26,871 nucleotides of DNA from Okeania sp. GTDB lineage: Bacteria > Cyanobacteriota > Cyanobacteriia > Cyanobacteriales > Microcoleaceae. The translations under genes and the position numbers were made by a program. The notes under the pieces were generated by a model that saw only the letters and a program-made list of their open reading frames with translations, did not search any database and was not told the origin of the DNA. The stretch is from NCBI RefSeq assembly GCF_035285525.1, contig NZ_JAYKGW010000240.1, forward strand, positions 1 through 26,871, read 5' to 3'. This document shows positions 16,832 through 23,361 of the stretch, one piece after another (the first letter of the stretch is position 1; each line of letters begins with the position of its first letter).

Positions 16832-18937
16832 ATGAACGTTAATACAAAAGTCGCAAAAAAAGCATTACTAATTGGTAAAGGACTACCCCCTTTTGAGTCT
16901 ATCAAAACAGAAGATGTAGTACCTGCAATGACAGAATTACTGACAGAATTAGAACCAGAATTAATCAATTTAGAAACAACAGTTAAACCAACTTGGAATG
17001 ACTTAGTAGAACCTTTACAAAAATTAGAAGATCGTTTAACTTGGAGTTGGGGAATAGTAGGACATTTGATGGGAGTAAAAAACAGTCCTGAACTCCGAAC
17101 AGCTTATAATGAAATACAACCCAAAGTGATAGAATTTATTAATAAATTAAGTCAAAGTAAACCCCTTTATCAAACCTTTAAAAACTTAAGGGATAGTGAT
17201 AGTTGGCAAAACTTAGATTCAGGGCAAAAACGCATAGTTGAAACTGCTATTAGAAATGCCGAACTTTCCGGAGTAGCTTTAGAAGGAGAAACACGAGAAC
17301 GCTTCAATGCCATTCAACTAGAACTAGCAGAACTTTCTACCAAATTTTCTAATAATGTTCTTGATGCCACCACAGCTTTTAGCCTCACATTAACTCAAAA
17401 AGAAGAAGTAGACGGTTTACCACCCAGTTTATTAAGTTTAGCAGCTCAAGCTGCCAAAGATGATGGCTCTGAAAATGCTACTCCCGAAAACGGACCTTGG
17501 CGCATCACTCTCGACTATCCTAGTTTTGTTCCCTTCATGCAGCATAGTCAAAAACGGGAGTTGCGAGAAAAACTCTATAAAGCTTTTGTTAGTCGTGCTT
17601 CTAGTGATGAATTAAATAATTATCCTTTAATTGAACGCATTCTGGAACTACGTCAACAAAAAACCGAAATTTTAGGCTTTAAGAGTTATGCAGAACTAAG
17701 TTTAGCCAGCAAAATGGCTCCCAGTGTGGCAGCAGTAGAAAAATTATTGGAAGAACTCCGGAGTGTTAGTTATGATGCTGCATACAAAGACTTAGAAGAC
17801 CTGAAAGCTTATGCTGCCAGCAAAAATGCACCAGAAGCAAATGACCTCAAACATTGGGATACCAGTTTTTGGTCAGAAAGACTACGGGAAGCAAAATTTT
17901 CCTTTACCGCAGAAGAGTTGCGACCATATTTCCCACTGCCACAAGTTCTAGATGGGTTATTTGCTCTAGTCAAACGAATATTTGGCATTAATATTACTGT
18001 TGCGGATGGGACAGCACCAGTTTGGCATGAAGATGTGCGTTATTTTCAAGTTAGTGATGAAACCAATACGCCCATTGCTTACTTTTATCTCGATCCTTAT
18101 AGTCGTCCCTCAGAAAAACGAGGTGGTGCTTGGATGAATGAGTGTGTAACTCGTACTAAAATTGTCGAGAATGGTGAAACTACTTTGCGTTTACCTGTAG
18201 CATATTTACAATGTAATCAAACACCACCTATAAATGATCGACCTAGTTTGATGACTTTTAGCGAGGTAGAAACTTTGTTCCATGAATTTGGGCATGGTTT
18301 ACAACACATGCTAACAAAGGTTGACTATGCAGGTGCTGCTGGTATTAATAATATTGAGTGGGATGCGGTAGAGTTACCGAGTCAGTTTATGGAAAATTGG
18401 TGTTATGATCGCTCCACTTTATTCGGAATGGCAAAACATTATGAAACCGGAGAGACTTTACCAGAACATTATTATCAGAAACTTTTAGCTGCCAGAAATT
18501 ATATGAGCGGTAGTGCCATGTTACGTCAGTTGCACTTTGCTCTGGTTGATATTGAACTACATCATCGTTATCAACCAGGTGGCAAAGAAACAGTAGTGGA
18601 TGTCCGGAAACGAATCGCTGAGACTACTACTGTTTTACAACCTTTGCCAGAAGATTCATTTTTGTGTGTGTTTGGGCATATTTTTTCTGGTAGTTATGCT
18701 GCTGGTTATTACAGTTACAAATGGGCAGAAGTATTGAGTGCTGATGCTTTTGCTGCTTTTGAAGAAGCTGGCTTGGAAAATGAAGAGGCGATCGCTACTT
18801 GTGGTAAGCGTTTTAGGGATACGGTTTTAGCATTGGGCGGGAGTTTGCATCCGATTGAGGTGTTTCAAACTTTCCGAGGTCGGGAACCAAATACTGAACC
18901 TTTATTACGACATAGTGGTTTGGTAGCTCCGGTTTAA
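16832..18937 (+). CDS. prlC: Oligopeptidase A (M3 family zinc metallopeptidase)
   Basis: 701 aa. It carries the HEFGH zinc motif (TLFHEFGHGLQHML), a downstream E (IEWDAVELPSQFMENW), and length and overall pattern typical of M3A PrlC/Dcp. Confidence 0.93.
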   Translation: MNVNTKVAKKALLIGKGLPPFESIKTEDVVPAMTELLTELEPELINLETTVKPTWNDLVEPLQKLEDRLTWSWGIVGHLMGVKNSPELRTAYNEIQPKVIEFINKLSQSKPLYQTFKNLRDSDSWQNLDSGQKRIVETAIRNAELSGVALEGETRERFNAIQLELAELSTKFSNNVLDATTAFSLTLTQKEEVDGLPPSLLSLAAQAAKDDGSENATPENGPWRITLDYPSFVPFMQHSQKRELREKLYKAFVSRASSDELNNYPLIERILELRQQKTEILGFKSYAELSLASKMAPSVAAVEKLLEELRSVSYDAAYKDLEDLKAYAASKNAPEANDLKHWDTSFWSERLREAKFSFTAEELRPYFPLPQVLDGLFALVKRIFGINITVADGTAPVWHEDVRYFQVSDETNTPIAYFYLDPYSRPSEKRGGAWMNECVTRTKIVENGETTLRLPVAYLQCNQTPPINDRPSLMTFSEVETLFHEFGHGLQHMLTKVDYAGAAGINNIEWDAVELPSQFMENWCYDRSTLFGMAKHYETGETLPEHYYQKLLAARNYMSGSAMLRQLHFALVDIELHHRYQPGGKETVVDVRKRIAETTTVLQPLPEDSFLCVFGHIFSGSYAAGYYSYKWAEVLSADAFAAFEEAGLENEEAIATCGKRFRDTVLALGGSLHPIEVFQTFRGREPNTEPLLRHSGLVAPV

Positions 18938-18941
18938 ATAG

Positions 18942-18975
18942 TAGGGACGTTCCTTCCATGGAAGGAACGTCCCTA
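18942..18975. terminator. Perfect 34-nt palindrome 5 nt after the prlC stop; possible bidirectional terminator or repeat
   Basis: The sequence tagggacgttccttcCATGgaaggaacgtcccta is self-complementary over all 34 nt. There is no clear T-run on the plus strand, so terminator function is uncertain. Confidence 0.45.
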
Positions 18976-19027
18976 TAAAATTGAAAAATAAGCGATCGCT
19001 TATCCTGTAACAGTTTCCCCAAAAAAC

Positions 19028-19158
19028 ATTATAGCAGTCGAAGCAAAGGGCACCGAAATTTATAAATCCTGTTTGCGGAGCATTTCCCTATACGAAACAC
19101 CCTTTGATACTACTCTGCTGTTACCTTTTCCCTATTCCCGATTCAAGTAGCGCTATAA
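19028..19158. mobile_element. MITE-like element (tatagcgct...gcttcgactgctata family), copy 1
   Basis: The reverse complement reads ttatagcgctacttgaatcgggaatagggaaaaggtaacag...caggatttataaatttcggtgccctttgcttcgactgctataa. It aligns at both ends with 22403-22504, which lies in the opposite orientation. Confidence 0.6.
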
Positions 19159-19172
19159 CAACAAAAACATGA

Positions 19173-19385
19173 TTGATTCAGAAATACTCAAAAAAACTTC
19201 AAGGAACATCCATCCAAGAACGCATTCTTGTTATTGAAGCAGTTTTGCAAACAGTTAAAAACGATATGGGTCTAACTTCCTCACAACAGCTTTCCTCTGA
19301 AGAACAACCCCTGAAAGGAAAAGTGATTAATTATGACGCTCCTTATGAACCTATAGCCCTACAAGACTGGGAAACATTAAAATGA
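19173..19385 (+). CDS. Putative VapB-like antitoxin, possibly frameshifted at its 5' end
   Basis: 70-aa frame with a TTG start (IQERILVIEAVLQTVKND...PYEPIALQDWETLK). Its stop overlaps the start of the PIN-domain frame as ATGA. An upstream ATG at 19169 reads MIDSEILKK and would join this frame if the A7 run at 19190-19196 were one A shorter. Confidence 0.5.
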   Translation: MIQKYSKKLQGTSIQERILVIEAVLQTVKNDMGLTSSQQLSSEEQPLKGKVINYDAPYEPIALQDWETLK

Positions 19386-19781
19386 TTCTAGACACTCATA
19401 TCTGGATTTGATGGGTTGACGATAATCCTAAACTATCTTCCACAAACCGAGAAATCATTCAAGCAAATCAAACAACTGGTCTAGGAATTAGCATTATATC
19501 TTGTTGGAAAATTGCTAAAATTAGTCGAGAAAAAGAGACTAACTTTTGAGTCTTCTGTAGAAGAATGGCTAAAACTTGCTCTCAACTACCCTGGTATCCA
19601 ATTACTAGAATTAAACCTGCCGATTATTATAGAATCTACTCAATTATCTGGATTTCATGCAGAGCCAGCAGACCAGATTATTGTGGCAACAGCTAAAATT
19701 CACAGTTCGTTATTAGTCACTCAAGACGAAAAAATCTTGAATTTTTTCAAAGGAAATAATAAATTGACTCAAACCTACTAA
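19382..19781 (+). pseudogene. VapC-like PIN-domain toxin pseudogene (nonsense, +1 frameshift and active-site missense)
   Basis: The first frame reads MILDTHIWI*WVDDNPKLSSTNREIIQANQTTGLGISIISCWKIAK, with TGA at 19409-19411. After an extra A in the run at 19517-19520 the sequence continues in the ORF-track frame: LVEKKRLTFESSVEEWLKLALNYPGIQLLELNLPIIIESTQLSGFHAEPADQIIVATAKIHSSLLVTQDEKILNF. The total length of 400 nt is not a multiple of 3. PIN acidic residues are present (D4, PAD, TQD), but the expected CWE glutamate is K. Confidence 0.8.
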
Positions 19782-19834
19782 CTCTTCCCTACTCTCTACC
19801 ACAACAAAAAGACTTTCCATACGCAAACCCTAGA

Positions 19835-19907
19835 TAGGGACGTTCTATGGAAGGTCCCTAAAGAATCAGAAAATTAGCGATCGCTTATTCTGCATCAGTT
19901 TCCTACT
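19835..19907. repeat. Degenerate second copy of the palindrome + HIP1 + tail segment found at 18942-19020
   Basis: tagggacgttctatggaaggtccctaaagaatcagaaaattagcgatcgcttattctgcatcagtttcctac compares with tagggacgttccttccatggaaggaacgtccctataaaattgaaaaataagcgatcgcttatcctgtaacagtttcccc. It contains the stop codon of the CDPS-like gene. Confidence 0.7.
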
Positions 19908-20760
19908 TACTTTCTTTAGCATTCAATCTCTTCAGACCTAAACTTACCCAAGTTATTTGCTTGAGAGGTTCAGGTACTTCTGGGTGTAATCCCTCTGAAA
20001 TTTCTTCAAAGGTTTTAATTGACCCTGGATAAACGAAAACTAACCATTCTTGTTTAGCAATACAGGCAAACAAAGCAGACTCCTCAAGCAAATACCTTCT
20101 TGCTAGGTACTTTTGTCTGGGGTCTTGCACCTGTCCTGCTTCTATAGGTCTACCTCGGTTGAGATACTTCTCGGCAAAAGAATTTACTGTATTTTCAAAA
20201 GACTCATTTCTGCCGTAAAGACTTTGAAGTTCCTCGTAATAAATATCAAAGTCTAATTGCTTGCCAATTTCTGAAATCATCTTGAACTCAAATTGACAGC
20301 TTTCAGAATATTCTTGAAATAAAAGATAGTGGTCATCAATAAACTTTTCTCCAGTACGAATCGCCTTTAAGTAAGCCAGATCTTCTTCTATTCCTTCTCT
20401 CGCTTCAATTGTCAGTCGATGTAGACTATCACCAACTAATACTAGACAATTCTTAAAATTATCACTAATCCATCTGATGCAAGCTTCTACTCGCTCACTA
20501 TAAACAAAATTTTTGCTTCCTAAGCTAATTGCGAACACACACTTCTGATTGTTAAACAAAGAGCTACGCATACTCTGAGGAAATACTTTTGCTAAACTTG
20601 CCTTATATTTATGATCTTTGGTAAAATTGGAAGTACTTCTTGTTAGTTTTTCCTGTATCTTGATGTTTATGACTTTGCTGATTCGCGATTGGAGTAACTG
20701 CAAACGTTCAAGGGAAAGCTCACTCCAATCTATACTTTCTAGGTCTGTAGAACTACTCAT
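19903..20760 (-). CDS. tRNA-dependent cyclodipeptide synthase (CDPS) homolog, XYP-type signature
   Basis: 285 aa from the ATG at 20760; the ORF-track start at 20793 is a TTG. KCVFAISLGSKNFVYSERVEACIRWISDNFKNCLVLVGD parallels YvmC [38 protein letters not shown] and AlbC ALIGISAGNSYFS. RRYLLEESALF parallels AlbC NYVLAEAPLF (Y178/E182). LVFVYPGS parallels the Y202 position. Motif spacings (S79-Y223-Y244) are close to those of AlbC (S37-Y178-Y202). Reference sequences are recalled from memory. Confidence 0.75.
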   Translation of the reverse strand: MSSSTDLESIDWSELSLERLQLLQSRISKVINIKIQEKLTRSTSNFTKDHKYKASLAKVFPQSMRSSLFNNQKCVFAISLGSKNFVYSERVEACIRWISDNFKNCLVLVGDSLHRLTIEAREGIEEDLAYLKAIRTGEKFIDDHYLLFQEYSESCQFEFKMISEIGKQLDFDIYYEELQSLYGRNESFENTVNSFAEKYLNRGRPIEAGQVQDPRQKYLARRYLLEESALFACIAKQEWLVFVYPGSIKTFEEISEGLHPEVPEPLKQITWVSLGLKRLNAKESK

Positions 20761-20838
20761 TTTATTTTTTTGAACGTTTTTTATCCAAAACAAAGCAGAG
20801 GGTTTTTCAACCCCCCTATAAAAAAAATTCCACTAGAA

Positions 20839-21324
20839 TTAAACATTAGTTTCAAACAAAGCCAGGCGCAGTCGCTCACTTGCATCTTCCATTTCAGCTA
20901 ATGATTCAATACTAACAACCATACTACGCTCAATTCCTAAAACTTCTGCTGCTTTAGCCACTGCTGCTTTTTCTTTTTCTTGGTAAACTCCATCAGCACG
21001 ACTCATTTTAATTGCTTGGTATAACATAACTCGGCGAAAATTCATAGGAAAATCGTACTTGATACCATTCAATAGTTCTTCTATACTAGCATTTTTCCAA
21101 TCGAATTTACGAAGTGTTTCAATGTATTCTTCAGAATCTACAGTTAATAATTCTTGCTCATCAATATACCATTGAAATTCTGCTTCTGCTAGTTCGCCAT
21201 CCGCACCCGCGATCGCCATTAATGCACCACCATAACTCAATGCCACATCAAAATCAACTGGAGATGTGATGTTATATTTATTTTTAGCGTATTTAGTTGT
21301 CTGGAGACTTTTGCCGTTACTCAT
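20839..21324 (-). CDS. TerB-like (tellurite-resistance TerB fold) small helical protein, paralog 1
   Basis: 161 aa. It has two A-x-ADG-x-E repeats (GGALMAIAGADGELAEAEFQWY and LYQAIKMSRADGVYQEKEKAAVAKAAEVLGI), as in TerB (IAVASDGVSSEEK / IAVAKSDGNFDDDEKSAVREIARSLGF). It lies 78 nt upstream of the CDPS-like gene. Confidence 0.78.
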   Translation of the reverse strand: MSNGKSLQTTKYAKNKYNITSPVDFDVALSYGGALMAIAGADGELAEAEFQWYIDEQELLTVDSEEYIETLRKFDWKNASIEELLNGIKYDFPMNFRRVMLYQAIKMSRADGVYQEKEKAAVAKAAEVLGIERSMVVSIESLAEMEDASERLRLALFETNV

Positions 21325-21409
21325 ATTTTAGTCTTTCTAATTTTTAGGTTTAACTTCCGTGATTTTATTATATTTTGTCAATAATCCTATAAAAACTTAG
21401 GAAATCTTT

Positions 21410-21571
21410 ATCATTGTATATAGAACCCATTTGGGTTCTATAAAATTAGGTGGGGAGATGGGGAGATGGGGAGATAGAACTATTTTTCTTTTTTCCCTCC
21501 TGGGAGAGGTTAGGGGTGGGTTAACTCCTTTGCCAAAAACCCGCATCCCGTGCAAAGATACCAAATAAGTT
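21410..21571. mobile_element. MITE-like element with TATAGAACCCATTTGG-type termini, copy 1 (contains a GGGGAGAT x3 array)
   Basis: Sequence is tatagaacccatttgggttctataaaattaggtg(gggagat)x3agaactatttttcttttttccctcctgggagaggttaggggtgggttaactcctttgcc...taccaaataagttttatatagg. It is collinear with 26618-26751. A partial relative lies at 23315-23350. Confidence 0.65.
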
Positions 21572-21581
21572 TTATATAGGA

Positions 21582-21793
21582 TAGCAATATCAGGACTTAC
21601 TCATGCGCAACGCAATTTTGTCATTGCTCGCGAGGCGCATTTGCGAAGCAGTCCGTCAGGATAGCAATCTCAAACCCTTATTTTTCCTACCTCATGGCTT
21701 TAGCCCTAAATATGAAATCATTTGTGAGAAAAAACTGTAGGGGTTTAGTCTCCAAATCCTTTAGCGCTTGGGCTTCAAAACCAAACCCCTACC
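21582..21793. repeat. Two further hairpin repeats between the TerB-like paralogs
   Basis: 21582-21648 is caggacttactcatgcgcaacgcaattttgtcattgctcgcgaggcgcatttgcgaagcagtccgtc. It is flanked by direct aggatagcaat copies at 21569 and 21649. 21735-21793 is ctgtaggggtttag...cttcaaaaccaaacccctacc, the same family as 4812-4838. Confidence 0.6.
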
Positions 21794-21867
21794 ATAAAAT
21801 CTTACAACTTATTGAGGACAGAGGAGCTTTTTTGAAACCCCTCTATAAAAAAAAGTTGTCTCCAGAA

Positions 21868-22353
21868 TTAAACATCAATTTCAAATAAAGTAAGTCGTAG
21901 TTGCTCACTCTCTTCTTCCTTTTTTGCCAATGACTCAAGCTTAATCAGCATACTATTCTCAAGACCCAAAAGTTCTGATGCTCTAGCCACTGCTATTTTT
22001 TCTTGTCCTTGATAATCTCCATCAGCGCGACTCATTTTAATTGCTTGGTACAACATAACTCGGCGAAAATTCATAGGAAAATCGTACTTTATCCCCCTTA
22101 ATAGCTCTCCTATGTCAGCATTTTGCCAATCAAATTTACGGAGCGCTTCAATGTACTCTTCATACTCAACAAACAAAATTTCTTGTTCGTCAATATACCA
22201 TTGAAATTCTCTTTCTGTTAACTCACCATCCGCACCAGCGATCGCCATCAATGCACCACCATAATTTACTGCCACATCAAAATCAATTGGTGCATTAAGG
22301 TTATACCTTTTTTGGGCATATTTAGTTGGATGGAGACTTTTCCCCCTACTCAT
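21868..22353 (-). CDS. TerB-like small helical protein, paralog 2
   Basis: 161 aa. It is collinear with paralog 1 with no gaps and 117/161 identical residues by my hand alignment. It has the same two ADG motifs. Confidence 0.78.
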   Translation of the reverse strand: MSRGKSLHPTKYAQKRYNLNAPIDFDVAVNYGGALMAIAGADGELTEREFQWYIDEQEILFVEYEEYIEALRKFDWQNADIGELLRGIKYDFPMNFRRVMLYQAIKMSRADGDYQGQEKIAVARASELLGLENSMLIKLESLAKKEEESEQLRLTLFEIDV

Positions 22354-22402
22354 ATTTTACTCCTGTGATTTTTGGCTTTAATTTAATCTATAGATTTATT
22401 CA

Positions 22403-22504
22403 TTATATAGCGCTGCGCGTTAGGGAATAGGGAACAGGGAACATTAGAATCTCAGGAGTTTCAGGATTGATAAATGTCCGCGCCTTTTGCTTCGACTGCT
22501 ATAT
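22403..22504. mobile_element. MITE-like element (tatagcgct...gcttcgactgctata family), copy 2, inverted relative to 19028-19158
   Basis: Sequence is ttatatagcgctgcgcgttagggaatagggaacagggaacattagaatctcaggagtttcaggattgataaatgtccgcgccttttgcttcgactgctata. Confidence 0.6.
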
Positions 22505-22666
22505 GTATAGCAATATGCGCACATTGCTATAACTGATAACTGCCCCCAAAAAGAAAAAACCGTAATTGGGGGAGTTGCTTTTTGGATAAAATGATTAAGG
22601 GTTTTCAGGCCAAACCAAAGGGTAGAAAAGTTAACGACTTGATACTGGGATGATTATTTATCATCA

Positions 22667-22966
22667 TTATTCATCAAATTTACACAAATATTTTTTATCT
22701 TTATCATACTCTACGTCTGGCGTCCCCTCAACCAACCCACAATATTTAGCAAAATGATACTCCAACCAAAACCACTTTTCTTGATTTATTCCATTATCTA
22801 CTACTACTTTCCTTCCATCTATTCTACCAATCACTCCAACCCGAGCCAAATTATTCTTGAACAACTCCATAGGAGTCTTTTTTGCTGCTGCTACCGCTGG
22901 AGTCTGAACCAACCACAAACACAACAACAGACATAGAACCAAGAAACATTTTACACTATTCCACAT
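22667..22966 (-). CDS. Small secreted hypothetical protein (signal peptide, three Cys in the mature part)
   Basis: 99 aa. The N-terminus MWNSVKCFLVLCLLLCLWLVQTPAVAAAKK looks like a Sec signal peptide with an AVA-A cleavage site. I recognise no family. Confidence 0.55.
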   Translation of the reverse strand: MWNSVKCFLVLCLLLCLWLVQTPAVAAAKKTPMELFKNNLARVGVIGRIDGRKVVVDNGINQEKWFWLEYHFAKYCGLVEGTPDVEYDKDKKYLCKFDE

Positions 22967-23223
22967 TTTTTTTTTACCACTACATACAACAGAATTATAT
23001 TACAGCAATTTCGGAGGCGCGTGAGGTACAAAATTTTATTTAGTAATTTTAGTAACACAACCTTCCAGGTTGTTACAGCCTAGAACGCTGTGTTACAGTA
23101 GGTGTTAAGTGTACCTCACCATCCTCATGCATTGCTATAATTATAACACTTTTACAGTTTATACAGTTACAGTTTTAAATTAATAGAGTGTGAGTCTACG
23201 GTTCATGTCCTGAGTAGATTTTG

Positions 23224-23350
23224 TAGGGTGCGTTAATGAAATGTAACCCACCATCTATTATGTCTTTGGTGCGTTAGCGTATCTCATAACACACCCTACT
23301 GGACTACGCAGAAACTTCCCCCCCTTCCCTCCCAGGGAAGAGGGTTGAGG
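23224..23350. repeat. Hairpin repeats downstream of secA
   Basis: tagggtgcgttaatgaaatgtaacccacc and ggtgcgttagcgtatctcataacacaccctactgg belong to the GTGCGTT family. cccccttccctcccagggaagagggttgaggagttagg is a partial copy of the 21410 family core. Confidence 0.55.
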
Positions 23351-23361
23351 AGTTAGGTGCT

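Noticed and set aside
18813-19022. ORF 18813..19022 (-)
   Set aside because: It overlaps the 3' end of prlC in antisense and reads through the 34-nt palindrome.
4856-21466. Short tandem arrays (4856, 6696, 13301, 21443) considered as a CRISPR array
   Set aside because: The units are 7-8 nt and directly abutting, with no spacers. These are STRR-type microsatellites, not CRISPR.
21694-21888. ORF 21694..21888 (+), 64 aa
   Set aside because: It runs through MITE-like hairpin repeats and overlaps the 3' end of TerB-like paralog 2 on the opposite strand. It has no family-like features.
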